The notes: a model not told the origin generated them from the sequence alone. 64,000 nt of DNA from Phoronis australis (GCA_002633005.1 NMRA01000141.1:297609-361608); one strand, 5' to 3'; counted from the stretch's first letter, positions 14,365-28,438 are shown. Program-made: numbers and translations.

Positions 14365-16424
14365 CCCTCTGTTGTATTCGTGCATCCTTTACAAGAAAAC
14401 CGCCTTTGAAAAATGCCCGTTTTTGCCTCCGTCACGAGACTACTCATGACTACTCTTATTCCCAAATGACAAACCGAACAAGTCGAAATAAGTTAATAGG
14501 TTAATTCTTAACGTCTTTTCTCCAATCACAACAGTAAATTTACAGCAGAGGCACTGTTCATAAAATGATGTGGGGAACAAAACATTCTTCTGTTGATACT
14601 TAAAGTATACACTGCCAGCTTCTCTCATCACCAAACTTATTCCATGGTGGGTGTTTCATTTAGGCCTTGCAACAACCACATAACATTTTGATTTACAAAC
14701 GTTAGGCAGATCCACGTTCCATGGGTAACTAAGTTCTCTGAGATGTCTGTACTATATAATAGGTATTTACAGACAGATGATGTGTCTATGGCAGATTGGT
14801 ATAAAGTCAAGAATCAAATTTCGGGGTCTCTCTACTTTCTGAAATTATACATTAAGCAGACACAAAGCACTCACATTGATCGAGTAGTTCACACCTTTCA
14901 TTTTAAACATTTGTCAATTGTTTCATTTCTACAAGTAATTTCCATGAATTTTCTGTGGTATGCTGGTAGTTATCTAGTCAAGGTAAGTCACTGACAATGC
15001 ACTGCAAATATCCTACACCCACATTTTTGTTGACACCAATTCGTCAGAGGATGATAATAAATGATCATCATTCTGATATCAGTCTTATCATCGTTCATAG
15101 CATTGTTCATGGAAAATCTCTTGATCATTTACTATAATTGCTCTGTAATAAGAAATAATACAAATTGTCACAAATGACGATAAACCACGCAAGAAAAGTT
15201 ATATCAGCTGATGATGTAAATTCTTATCAGCCATCACCATATATCACACCATTCATATAAAATACACAGAAATCGTTCATATGAATGAATATCAAATGTC
15301 TTCAGTGATAAACCATCATAAACCAAAAATGCCTGTGTCAATGTGCTCTCGACAGATACAGTAACGAATTACAACTTTTAATCAAGATTATGGCCTACAG
15401 TAAGAATCGATACCGTACACATAGACACAGCCTAAGACATGGAGTATTGCAGTATAATACTGATGTGATGACTAGCCTAAACCTCTATATACAGTACCAT
15501 CATTAAAGGTAGATATAATAACGGAGACAGATGGTACCAAGACTCCAAGCTCATCTATACTTCAATTTATCATCCGAGTAGAAGTCGATGGTACACTCTA
15601 TCAAGATAAAAGCACCACCCGATCAAGTGAAATCTCTTCTAACAAGAACGAGCATTTAAGACAAAGTCACGTTTATTGATTGCACACAGAGCTGTGGTGA
15701 CACAGGACCTACATGGGTAATTTATTATAAATAAGTATGAAGTTTCATAGGAGTGTATTTTCAAATCAAAAGGATGAAGGTATTTTCTGATGAAATAACA
15801 AAAAGTGGAGATGACATGACATAACTTTTGGACTAAATAGATGGTTGGATATTAGAATACTCAATCACTGTGCAAATGTACATAACATTAAGATGCCATG
15901 GTACAATTTACTTGCACAACTTATTTCATGTTTCAGCTTTATAACGCCCTAAACTAACCACACTTAATTGGAAGGAGGCATATTATATCTATGTCGACCT
16001 GAATCAATTTTCATAAAATGTAGTTTGTCCAAGTACAAAACATCAAATATGATAAAAATTATTTCCAATTCCTTATTCTAAATGTTCACAAGATCCATAT
16101 GTTGTTGGCTATATCCATTTTGATACATCAAAAACATCTGGCATCTGATTTATCGTTGAAAACATCCACAAATTTTCACTTCTTCACCTTGATTAAAATC
16201 TAATCTGCATTTCACCAAACTCATCGCAACCCATTACAATTACAACTGATCACTTCACGACAACCAGGTACTTACACCTGCCACTAAATGATAAGTGAAA
16301 CTAGAACACTCCTGCACTCAGTGGTTAGCCTAGATGTATAATGATGCTGGGATGGAACAAAGCAATATGAGGAAAAATACTGTTACAGCAAAAAAGCGAC
16401 ATCCAACGAAAACTAGATACTTAC

Positions 16425-16542
16425 ACAACTCTTCCAATTCCCTGGCCAACTTCCGTGGATCAAACTTAGATGATTTGTAACCATTTTTTCCCCTCACAGG
16501 GCTACGGAATCCAGACAGTGGACTTTTGAATCCGGAAGCCAT
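16425..16542 (-). CDS. PRKAG2: Candidate alternative first coding exon (MASGFKSPLSGFRSPVRGKNGYKSSKFDPRKLARELEEL + 1 nt)
   Basis: Start context aaaATGG, 39 codons, T|gtaagt donor in phase 1, matching acceptor 5207. Confidence 0.7.
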
Positions 16543-18175
16543 TTTACACTATTGATAGATAACTTCTGCTGATCCTTTCAACCCCACAGTGACCTTTGCC
16601 TTTGACCTATATATGTCCTGAAGTCACCACTTATATGTTTTGACTGGCTGATGCAACAAAGATGGAGGTGTGTCACAGTGATGTCATAACTGTGTTAATA
16701 AAAAGTCATGACCCCTATAATGAAGGTTGTTCAGGGAACTGTTTTGACAGCACTTCCTAGCTCAGCAGTGATTTAATGCCATTGCAGTAACTTGTAAACA
16801 ACATGGCTCACTGATCAGAAATGTGACTAAAGACATGTAGAAATCTAGGCTGACAGGAACTTGCTGCAAAGACTATGGAATATTGTTTTTTTTTTACCCA
16901 GAACCTCAATTAAAACTAGAAGCAATAGCAATTTTCAGATATAGTGCCAATGTAGCACAATACGTTCCTGATCATTACATAGGATAGCAAGAGTTTGTGA
17001 CCAACATTTTGTACTCTTGTATAGAGGTTCCTGTTTTTTTACAAACACGGTGTGAAATTAACACTGCTGTACAATTAACTGGAAATGTCTTGGAGTGCCC
17101 ATGAATGGATGTAACAGTGCTTCATTCCAGGACAATCGGCCGTCCTGCTCACCACAACTAGAAATAGGTCACAAGAAAAGATGATTTCCTGCTCTCACAC
17201 CACTGAAAACTTCTATGTCGAATGCTCTCTATCACCAATTGAAATCCTTTTAAACTCTGAGGAAAGAGAGAAAAAACAGCCAATGGCGCAGAAATGAAAG
17301 TGATAAATCAAAAGCTGTTGACACTGTGCATTAATATCAGCAAACCACTCAGCCAATATCACATATGCAAAGTTCCCAGACACAAGAAGGTACTTTACAG
17401 AACAAAACACAAATGAAAGGGGCAGTGCTGACAAAGAGCTATGAACTCAGCCCTGCCAATGCCCAGTTCCAGCAATTTTCCAAAATTAAGATCACAGGAA
17501 TATGATGGATATGTTCGAGTAGTTCCTAAGCCCAAAAGTGGACATAATCCCAGCAACCAAGAACACTTCAAAGTTGAACTACTTTTTAACGGCATATTGA
17601 GCCAGTAACGCACAATTTCCTTGAACACCTACATACAAGGGTATTGTCATCTTTACTTTGCCGAGTGAAGGAATGTCTTTTACCAGGCTTGTGTTCGGTA
17701 GACGTGAGAACCTCATGAAAACACAAGATCACACAAGACTTTGTGAGATAGCACCACATGTTACAAGCAAAGTATCACACTAGGTTCTTACAAAAGATTA
17801 TTGCATCTACTGAACTTAGCCACGGTTTAATGGTGTACATTTAAGGCCCTCGGTGCATACAATTTACTTATTTTCAACCTATTTTATATTTTCTACCTCA
17901 TTTTACTTATTATAAAACACATCTGCATATGTCAAAACTCGAAAAAGCTGGGTTATTGGTGAACTTGTGAATCGTACACAATGATGGTTTTATTTCTGTG
18001 TTGTAAACACATCCCATAACATTGCTGACCTTGTTCATCACCAGCTGACACTCCAGGTCAGAGGGTCACAATGAAATATACATGCTAATTGTTTAGGGAA
18101 GAAATGGAATGAAATTAGCAACTGTTGCAGAAAATATCAATTGCAAGAAATGCAATGCATGGATAGCCTCAGCAT

Positions 18176-18465
18176 GCACAGTAATTCATTGTTGATACGT
18201 ATACATCACAGCACAAGTAATTCATTCTTGATCCGTATACACCGGAGCACAGTAATTCATAGTTGATCCGTATACATCGCAGCACAAGTAATTCATTCTT
18301 GATCTGTATACATCGGAGCACAGTAATTCATTTTTGATCAGTATGCATTGGAGCACAGTACTTCATTCTTGATCCGTATACATCGGAGCACAACTACTTC
18401 ATTGTTTATCCCTATACATCGGAGCGCAAGTAATTCATTCTGCATCCGTATACATCGGAGCACAA
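18176..18465 (+). repeat. 35/36-bp minisatellite x8 (gcaca(a)gtaattcattcttgatccgtatacatcgga)
   Basis: Units start at 18176, 18211, 18247, 18282, 18318, 18353, 18388 and 18424. Confidence 0.95.
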
Positions 18466-19205
18466 GAAGGCCCGCAATTAAACAAAAATGTTCTAATCAG
18501 AGATGGTTTTATTAGCATGTGCACGCTAGGCAGGAAAATAAGGAATTTCTTTTAATCCTTTAGCTGAAAACTAAAAGGCTTTCTTCCCCTCTTCTAAAAC
18601 TATTTCTTTCCTGTTTGGTTTCGTACATTGGCTGGCGTAACTAGAGATTTGAGCACCGCTAGTTTGTAATCAGAATCATAGAATTTCAACATAAATTATA
18701 ATTGATCAAAATGTCAGGCAAGATAATTTGGGCGAAAATTGATACAAAGTTGTTACTTTGTGAATCTTAGCAGAAGTTAGCTTACAAAGATATATTCCAG
18801 AAATTATTATCAAGCACACCTGGCGTCAACAACTAAGCAACAGATAGCCAAAACATCGATGAGACATGATGGTAAGATATGGGAACTCACCCCACACTAC
18901 CATGTGAAAAATGTCAGATACACATTGCAATTAAACTCATATCATCAATGACACATAACACAATGACCTGGAACTGGTGCTATTTGCCAGAGAACCGGTC
19001 TCATGATAAGGATCAGTAGATCTACCAACACAACAATTACTTTTAACAAGATCTTGTTTTTATAGTTTTGGATACTAGACTATTTTGATTACGGTGGACT
19101 ATAGGCAAAGGATGTGGGAGCTTGATTAAATTCACAGCAGGCACTTGTTGAAGTTCTCATTAAAAGAAACTTTACCACAATTATGGACATCTATTCCCCA
19201 TTTAC

Positions 19206-19440
19206 CTCGCTTCATGGATGACCGGCGGAACTTGATGCGAACGCGCTTCCATAGATTCTTTAGTCTGCCCCCCTCTCTAAACTCATTCTCCGTTGTCTGA
19301 GTGTACACTCGACCACTAGTGCAACCAATGCAGCACTTGTATTTGGGGGTGTTTACAAATGCTTCGGGCGTGACGATCAGCGCCGACGCACACGGCTTGG
19401 ACTGTACGGTTGGACTTCCACAACCAACATCATCAGACAT
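19206..19440 (-). CDS. PRKAG2: Candidate alternative first coding exon (MSDDVGCGSPTVQ...GGRLKNLWKRVRIKFRRSSMKR + 1 nt)
   Basis: Start context gccATG, 78 codons, GAG|gtaaat donor in phase 1, matching acceptor 5207; lies within ORF 19132..19452. Confidence 0.6.
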
Positions 19441-21044
19441 GGCCCAGTTCACTTCAGAAGCGGAAATTCAGGAAAGCAACAGAAACCACGTGACTCAATA
19501 TCAAATGAATGAAATCCCTAAGATCCATGCAACAGAAGACCACTGAGTAATGTGGGACAAACCCAGTGAGGTTCAATAGGTCTTTTTTATTGAAGTGCAG
19601 CTTTATAGAACTTTGTAACCATTTCAGAGAACGTCGGATGTGAATTCCTGCTATGTAACCCAATGGTGAGCAGCTTATATTGGAATCTGTAGATGAGGAT
19701 GACGTCAGCTCAGGAATATGCACAAAATAAGACCATTAAGGTCACAAGCAGGATGCGCTAACCTTTAAGTCGGGTCAGTGATAAGTAATCAGTAAGGTTG
19801 TTGGCGAGATCTTGGTTCAGTCTAGAATCCACAATAGATACAGTTCAGGTGAAGCGTCCAGTTAACTTGCCTTCTCTGAGCACTTTGAAATGAGGACAAC
19901 AAGGATTTGTTTTTCTCTCCAGAAGATGATCTGGCTAAAAACGCTTCAGGGAGACTTTCATCGCTTCATAATCCTGACACAAACGCAGTGCTTCCAAACG
20001 CGAGGCTGATTTATGCTAAGCATGTAATCCCGGCAACTACATTAATGTAGTGTGAGTGAACCGCAGCAGGAAATGCATCGAGCTAAAAACAACACAGTTA
20101 AAACAGCCAACACTGATGCCTCTATCAGTTAAAATACATCCAGCCTCCTACATGAATTTCACTGGTTCACTTGGCAGTCTTACAATAGCATCCTGTGGAC
20201 AAGCACTGAGCCCAACCTGAATTCCCTGTAAGTGGACCGATCCAATCTCTCAGCAGGACCCATTGACTAACTCAAACACATATGCAAATCAGGAAAAAAG
20301 CCAGCTAAAGCTACAAATGCCAAACCCCACTCAGTAGAAATTACTATTCTGAAAATTACAGTACCGTTCAGGTCAAATCTGATCTCAACAGCACCTGTGT
20401 TACCATCAAGCCAAGAATAGGCTTCAGGCTTCATGACAACTTGGAAAATTAATTAGAATTTATGATGGCCACAAGAACACATGGACCACTTCAATTGCCC
20501 TAAAAGGAAACAAAAACAACTCCAGACAATGTGTTGGTATGCCTGCACTGCTGTCAATGGACAATTAGTGATTTTTTAACCATTTTATTTTATCTATAGT
20601 CAGTGCATAAATACAATTGCCTGCCCTCAAAGCAAAAACATGCAGGCAGACATTGATAACAATAACAGTGAGGTAACAGGTAATAAAACCCATCTTAAAG
20701 TGCGGGTGCACTACACTTACCATTCCGCACTCACCATTACAGCAAAAACATTACAGACTTTGAAATGACAAATTGTTTAAGATCTAATGAGCAAAAAATT
20801 GTTAAAATAGAACTGAATTGTGGGTAAATAGTGCAGTTTTCTAGCGACAAATTTATTGGGGGAGGGAAGGAGAGGTCATATCCTCAGACAGACTACATCA
20901 ATACTTTGAACTATTGCAGCTACCTTGGAAGGCACAAAATCTTTCAAATTATCATTTGCACAGTAACACACACATCATCCGCCAACACACGTCCCACACA
21001 ACAAATCAACAAGAAATCAAAACGCTTTCAGCTGGGATACTCAC

Positions 21045-21111
21045 AATGACCTCGCGGACTGACACAATTAGGTGAGAGTGGAGGGCTGACTGTACCGGAG
21101 ACGCTGTGTCT
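21045..21111 (-). CDS. PRKAG2: Internal coding exon (RHSVSGTVSPPLSPNCVSPRGH + 1 nt)
   Basis: Acceptor tctttctcccatttcag and donor T|gtgagt; 67 nt, phase 0 to 1; bridges the phase-0 upstream exons to the phase-1 acceptor at 5207; Ser-Pro rich like its neighbours. Confidence 0.75.
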
Positions 21112-23355
21112 CTGAAATGGGAGAAAGATCCGCATTATGTATACCACATGTCCCCAACACTTATCCAAATGAAGTTCTGGGCTCATAGACATCTTCATCC
21201 ATCGGCCTCGAGGGGCAGCCTAGAGCATCAGGTTTTCTCCAGTGAGCACGAGCCGTGAGCGATAGCACACAATGCATTTGTACGAATTTTGTACAATAAT
21301 TCAAACAACACACGAGATGCCAGTTTCACTTATGTTATGTAAAGCCAATGAATTGCAAATTAGACAGTAGGTAAATCACCTTCAGAGAAAGGACCCACTC
21401 ACTGCTGATGACAAAAGATGCCACCACACCAAATAAACTGTCAAATAAAGCTACGTTACTGACCTCTATCATTGTTCAACAGAACTAACCGATCAGACCT
21501 GCAACCTTTGTAATACTGAGGCCGGTTACACTAAAAACTTCGCAACTTTGTGTTTGTCATAAGCAGTCTTATCATAGACTTCTCCAGGGAGACTTACACC
21601 AAAGCTTTCAACTAGTCACCTATCTCTCTTTACAAAGGTAAAACATTTTAGTAAAACAGGCTACTGGTGTGTTGATTGTCAAAGAATTCCAACCCAATGA
21701 AGTAAATCTGTGAAACGGAATCCAGTTTTAGACAAGTTAAAAATCGTTGACAATCCAAATTTTCACTTGCTCATCTTTCTATATTGCTAAAAATCCAAGC
21801 ATTTTTCATGAACTGAATAATTAAAAGGCTACGCACACCCGCTACACCCCCAACTTTTGGTCTCTGCTTCTGCCCAGAATGGATTTTACAAAATTTTCAA
21901 AATGGCAGATTACAGCGTTTTTTTACTTCACACGGCAGAATGAAGTTCATTATGGTCAATTTTTGCCGTCACTAACTTGAATCATTTTAGTTTGAAGCTG
22001 GCACTTTTGGCTTGGCCTTATTTATTACAGCACAAGAGGCATTCACGTAACAAATATTCGTTAGTAACTCCGGTTGACTACATAAACCATTTACTGCGGG
22101 TGAAAAGTGAGAAATAAAACTGTTAAGTGAAAGTGGAAAAGGAGATTCAATTGAAACAGAAAGCCACCACAAGACAAGAATTAAATCTGAACTAAGAGAA
22201 CTAAAACAAAATAGGTAATCTATCAATTAAACCATTACGTAACAGCTGCATACAGAGTTAAAAATTGGTAACTGGCACGTCAGTTCACAATTTCCACACA
22301 CGTACTCATAAGAACAATCTAGATACAGATTTAATTATAATAAGTACACATCTGCCTTACTAGTTTTGATATCGCGCAAAAATACTTTTAGCAAGTCTCA
22401 TGGAGATAGAGCCAAGCTTCACAGAGCCACTTTCTTCGCTTCTGTCAGAGATTAGTACAATTCTTTGCGATGAATTCTTTGTGAGATTTCAATTGATGAT
22501 GCACTCTGTTTGCAGCAATTTCGTTACAGCCATAACCAAGAAAACACCCGTAACCCGCCACGCTGTCTTGTACGTGACCCAATCAGAAAACTGAGCAAAA
22601 AATTAAAGCAAAAACTGGAATTTTGAATGTAATCCCCAAAATGAAAATTTATTACAACTGTAACAAACTGAATGGTGGCTCAAGTTGCAAAGGTCTTCCT
22701 TTTTTGATACTTACATTCTCGTATTTGATATCAATTGTACACGGTATATGCTGGAAACCCTCCCACAAACTTCATATCATGTATAATAATACATTAAAAA
22801 CAGCAACTGTCAATTTCCAAGCGTTAATAGCTTCACCCCTGTAACACTGGAGTTGTGAGAATGGTTTAAAAAATGGGTCAGTAACACACTGCGGTTTGAC
22901 TGCTAAGCCACACCCCCTATTGCTGAAGTCAAGAAGCAGAAAAACTGAGGAAATCATATGTGAACACAAGGCAAGGATTACCAAGCCTGGTTGGGGGAGC
23001 TGTTTAACAACAAAAGCTTACAAGTGGTTTGATTTCACAGTACTCCCAGTAATGAAGAAATAAACAATCAACTTAAAAAACAAACACATCGTGTACAGAA
23101 CAAAACCATTTTTGACACCCAACACATTTTCACTGATAAAATGTTACGCCATACTAACTTTAAAAGATTATCAGTAAAAAACATCCCAGAATCGTTAATT
23201 CCACTCGAATCAAATAGTTGAAAAATATACGTTTGTTTTTCGATACTACTGAGAATTGTGAAGAAATTTTTTAAATGTAAATTAAACAGCTTTCCCTGGT
23301 GATAACACAAATTGTGACGTGGGGCAATGAGCGTGGCCACGCTAGCGCACTCTAC

Positions 23356-23388
23356 CTGTGGCGACATGTCCAACTCCATCTGTTTCAC
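23356..23388 (-). CDS. PRKAG2: 33-nt symmetric micro-exon (VKQMELDMSPQ)
   Basis: Acceptor gttgttttgtttgacgcgttttcccaccag and donor CAG|gtagag; phase 0 to 0; in frame between exons 25287 and 21111. Confidence 0.6.
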
Positions 23389-23512
23389 CTGGTGGGAAAA
23401 CGCGTCAAACAAAACAACATTAGTTAAGACATACGTGCACACACACCTCTCCCTCCGAAGACAGGATAACTGAACGGAGTGGCCATCACCACGACAACAA
23501 GAGGTCTGTTAC

Positions 23513-24735
23513 AACAAAAGCAACGCAAACTGTTGAAATGCGCAAATGGTCTGGTGCTAGGGGCGTTAATTAGTAGCACGAAAATGGCCACAAAAAGGTG
23601 CAGAATATGTATTTAGTGTCTGAAGGCATTGTTGGATAAATAACAGAGACCTGTATTACCAAATTTCATGAAAAATCAAGAAACTCCAAACATAGAAAGG
23701 TGAAAATTGCCACTACGAAGCACAGCGGTAATTGAATCTGTCCGAAAGAAGCTGCTGTCTGTAACAACATCCCCAGGAACACACTGGCCAATTTCACAAA
23801 GATTCTGCAAGGGGTTTAGGAGATACAACTGCGAATGCAAAAAAACAAAATTGCCACTCGAGACACCCACAGAAGTCAGACCACCTGAAAATGAACGTCA
23901 GTCATGGCCTTTTCGGTAAGAACACATCTGCAAATTTTTATACCATAACTGATCCTTGGATCGGTTTGACAGATAGTGAAGTGAACACAAAAGACTTGCA
24001 AATAATGAAAATGGTGACTGGGTGGTGCAAAATACTTTGAATACATCGGAAATTGAAAATACATCGTCTCCTTAATAGAAGTCTATTTGCTAATTTCATG
24101 AAAATCTGTCCAGAGACTCACCAAACACTGAGCTAAACATAAAAAAACAAAATATACCACAAGGTGGCACAACAGTGGTCGAATCCGTCAGGAAATTCAG
24201 GTCAGTTGTTGTCTAATTCATGCAAAAACATTTTTCAACTTTCATAAAGGAGATACAGATGTGGCCATGTAGAAACGCACATTAGTTGGGCTCTTCCCAA
24301 AATCACCGTCGACCATAGTCTTCTCCACAGGAAGACATCTGCCAATTTCCATTATGATCGTTGAAGCAGTTTGTCAAATAAAGAGGTAGATGTCAAAAAA
24401 AAAGACTCGAAAATAATAAGGAGCGGTAGAAACGTTTGAATATATAAAGATACCGCCATCTCCTGAACAGAAATCTATTTGTAGTACTTCACGAATTCTT
24501 AAGGTACAGATGCAAACGTAAAAGACTAAAACTACCACTAGGAGGCGCAGTGGTACTCAAATCAGTCTGAAACTCGTCATCATCTGCCGTCAGCTTCATA
24601 AGAACACATCTGCCTAATCTCATTTAGAGAGTACAAAGGGTTTAGGAGATACAGCAGTGGAGACCAGACACAGGATACCCAGACATAGAAGACAGCAATA
24701 TGCACTCATGTACATGTGTATGTGGGTGCAAAATA
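23513..24735 (+). mobile_element. Second, more diverged copy of the same HINE-like element
   Basis: Start aacaaaagcaacgc..gttgaaatgcgcaaatggt and end gggtttaggagatacagc..cccagaca..gcaatatgcac..gtgcaaaataa match 45636-47125; internal aaattgccac monomers. Confidence 0.65.
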
Positions 24736-25286
24736 ATGGTTAAGCCACGTCTGCTCAAATTGTGATTTCTGGTTGTTAAAAGCAACAGAACCGTTCTCAA
24801 GATTGGTTGGTGGTCTCCCCTTTCACAGACAAGGTATCAAAACAAAATACCATGACATAAATCAGCAGTGGTGCAGTACATAATTTTGACAAAAAAGCTA
24901 AAACAATCTCCTAGTTGAAATGCATCGCAAAACAGAATGGTTTTAAAGCCCTGTATGTATGCCTGCTTTCCACAAATAATTTTTCATCCAGAGTCATGAC
25001 TTACTTACAGTGGATATTTTGTTGGCACATTATCTAAGTCATGTTTATTTTAGAAAATTGAAGAGATGAAAGGGCATCTTGTGGAAATATTTGTTAATTT
25101 GAGTGAATTGGTTTGCATTAAAATTAGTTTCATCGAATTTATTATCAGAATGAAACCCTCGAGGTTTTTGGCACGAGGTAAATTTGCAGACACTTCCGTT
25201 TCACATAATCGCTACTTCACTAAACTTCCCATAACATACTCTTCCTTTCTAGTTTGTCATTTTCATCGAGCCATATTACAGTATAC

Positions 25287-25826
25287 CTTGTCAAGAGCAG
25301 TCCTGCGAGGTGACTTCATCCCCTCAAAGGCTTGCTTGGGACTCATCTTCCCTCTCTGTGATTGGACACACCCATCGGCATCTGAGCTAGACTCTAATAA
25401 CTGACTCATTGGTGTCGGGACTTTGGCCGGTGACCAAGCCACCGTCAGTACATCCCTCCCACGATTCTGAGAGCCCCAGGATCCCGCCCTGGGGCGGTGT
25501 CCCTGGGTATCTGTTGCCAAGTGAGTGGAGGCCAGCGGTGAACTCGGTGCTGCTGAAGTTCCCGCCGGTGATGTGGGGTGGCGCCGGCGCATCATCGAGG
25601 CAGCGTCGGACTTGGAACGTGGGCGGAAGCTGTCGAAAAAGTTTTTGACTTTCGAAGAGTCCGGCGACGGTTCGCGATTGCTATCGCCGCCCGATTTGGT
25701 GCGCTGGCGGAACTTGAGTAAGTTACGTAGGCCGCCTGATCCCAAGCGCGGTCGAAACTGTTCCTGATCACTAGATGGTGGCGGTGTCTCCTGCTCATGA
25801 CCTTCCAAACCTGGTGCACTGGCGTC
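25287..25826 (-). CDS. PRKAG2: Large internal coding exon (DASAPG...KNFFDSFRPRSKSDAASMMRRR...TALDK), 180 codons
   Basis: GC-rich part of ORF 25263..25886; acceptor gcatttctactacag|GAC and donor AAG|gtatac; 540 nt, phase 0 to 0. FFDSFRPRSKSD resembles a motif I recall from long N-terminal isoforms of invertebrate AMPK gamma subunits. Confidence 0.8.
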
Positions 25827-26942
25827 CTGTAGTAGAAATGCAACAGTTAAGCGAGATCTCAAATTAGCAGGCCTTGGCACGACCAATATTAAGTAGACTT
25901 TTAGTTGTGTTTCAGTAGTTCACAGAAATTTTCTTGCCAAATCAACTTTTGTTTTCAAAATTGGTGCACTGATTTGCAGTTACTAGTAGCAACATCCTCT
26001 GCATAAGTAATTCAATCCTGTCCAAGATCCATAAAATGACATTCTTCACAAAGTTCAAACACGGCTCATTGTCAAGCAAATAGCGGAACACTATAACAAG
26101 CATGTTGCATAGTTTACTTTCCAGTTTGGTCGCCGGAGCGAGCAATCATTCATCTCGAGAGCCAGACACGAGAGTTCCGGTAATTTTCTGTTCTAGCAAG
26201 AGAGGAGACAACCTTTGCTAGAAGAAGTCATCACCATGACAACATCAGAACAGCAACTATTAATCAACAACTTCTCTAACTTGAATAAGTGAGATTTTCC
26301 AACAATTTACTACTTATTCACAATATTTTTATCGGCAATTTTGTGAAAATTAAGTGAGGAGTGGACGGGAGTTAGGGCTTAAGCCATAACATCATTCTTT
26401 TCAGAACCAATTATCAAACACCAGAGATGTTACAATCCACCCTAAGCCCACAATCCTGTGCATGACTCTTACCATTTATTTCAGATAACAAATGATGAGT
26501 TGCAGTCAAACACCAGCATGTGACAATTGTGATACATAGTACAGGCTTGGCCCAAGGTGATGAATGGGTGCAAACAAGCCTCTAACCTTTCCAGGTCAGC
26601 CTTAAGTGTCTTTTAATTATCTCCATACTGAGAAGGTCAGTGACACTGGAGAAGCCAGTGTAAACACCAGGATTATCTATACTAATGCACTCTTACAAGA
26701 CACCCCTATTTAAACTTCAAGTAATCAGTGATAACACTCTATAGTTTACCTTCACAAATACTCCCTAAATGCTCACTAAAATATATCAGTTTCAGACTAC
26801 CTCATACCGAAATCTTTCAGAAAAATTCAAAAACGTTGGCAAAGAAGTAGATTTGTTTACTTTAGGAGAAAGGTACCAGTTCCATCTGAACGGAAATTTT
26901 CCCCCAGTGTGTTCCAATTGCAATGGGTACTTCCGACTAATT

Positions 26943-27038
26943 CAGTTAGGCCACGCCTACCCAGTTAGGCCGCGCCTACCCAGTTAGGCCACGCCTACCC
27001 AGTTAGGCCATGCCTACCCAGTTAGGCCACACCTACCC
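26943..27038 (+). repeat. 19-bp minisatellite x5 (cagttaggccacgcctacc) inside a dispersed repeat
   Basis: Units start at 26943, 26962, 26981, 27000 and 27019. Confidence 0.95.
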
Positions 27039-28033
27039 GGTGCAAAGCCAACATGCCGAAGTCCTTGACAAGCACACAACAGTAACGGATTCTCTGCAAT
27101 CTTTTTGATCCCATTTCACTGAAACTGTCGCCATATAGAGCCGTATTATCAAAATGGCTAATGCAGCAGAGATATATCATAGATTATGCCCTCCAATTCA
27201 CACACCAGGGACCATTCATAAGGATAGCTAATCACTTCCAACAGACAGGAAGCAGTAGCTATGGTTTCACATTGCACTTTTAAGGTGGGTCACAAGATTA
27301 AGTGTTTGGGCAATTATTTCATATGAAAAATCCAATTGCAGTACACTACTACCATGAAATTTGACGACATTTGGAATTTTTTTATTAGTGGATAGGTGGT
27401 CTAGTGTTACAGCTGCTAAGCTGGAAAAAATCAAAGTAGGTCATTTACTGTCCTACTTCTCCATATATTGACAGGATTATCTTTCTGTCAGATCTATGAA
27501 ACCATCACCGACAGCACAAACACTTCCACATTTTATTGAGGTTGAACAACTCAAAAATTGGAAATTCAAAAATGGCTCATGTACGCATAGCCTGCGACTC
27601 AAGGTGTAACGCAAATGGAATCTAAGGAATATTACGAGACCAATTTTTATAAGAGTGGTATATACCATATTAGGCCTTACCTGATTTCCGTTTTTAACAA
27701 GCAAAACAGGGCGAAATGCAGCTTAAAGAGTTTTGAGTTGTCATGGCAATATTTCCCTGAGTCACAGGTGGATACCTGGGTTCTATGCTTTATTTTTAAC
27801 CATTAAAAATAAAAAATGTGAAACGCAATAAAAGCAATTTTTCCCTTAGTGCTCGTTCATCTATCAAAGTGTATTGTTTATCCAGGAGTATCTATTCATC
27901 TCATACTGCAATCTTCTGTATGTTTTTATCAACGACAGGCACTTGATCTAGTTAGTTCTCCGAATGTCGTCGTTTTGCACTGTAAGTGTCCCAAAAGCAT
28001 TGTAAAATCATTTTAACACTTCGGTTCATAATC

Positions 28034-28438
28034 CATGTTTTTACATGGCAAGGAGTTGTCACGGTGCGAGTTGTCACTGCCTGACTTACTCAATTAAGTC
28101 GCATTTAAACAACAATGGACCTCAAACTCGATCAGCATACGCCATTTACAAAAAAACTATCGGTGCACGCGAATGTCCAAACCAGGTAGAATATTAGCAA
28201 ATCACCAGTACAAAAAGTATTGCGCAAGCGATACAGAGATAATCTCTTCCACCCTGCCCCAGTAAGACGTGTAGTTGAAACTAGGGCAACTGATCGAGTG
28301 CAACATGCTCTACTTCTCAAACCGGTGTCAAAAATGGCCGCCGCAGTGTCAACTTGCTCCGCGTCAGTCATATTTACACGATCAGCTGTTCTGTATTAGT
28401 TTCTCATGCCCCATGACAACTGTTTCCTGTATAAATGC
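28034..28438 (-). repeat. Copy A of a ~400 bp diverged promoter/5'UTR-like module
   Basis: Colinear similarity to 61400-61869 and 31160-31413 (plus-strand blocks caccagta, agagataatc-cttccacc-tgccccagt, acgt-tagttga, ctcaaac-ggtg-caaaa, tttacac); includes YY1-like aaaatggccgcc. Confidence 0.8.

Noticed and set aside
18176-18465. CRISPR-like array (35-36 bp repeats)
   Set aside because: Units are head-to-tail with no unique spacers, there are no cas genes, and the context is a eukaryotic intron.
25409-25843. Plus-strand and alternative-frame ORFs over the 180-codon exon
   Set aside because: Shadow ORFs of a GC-rich exon.
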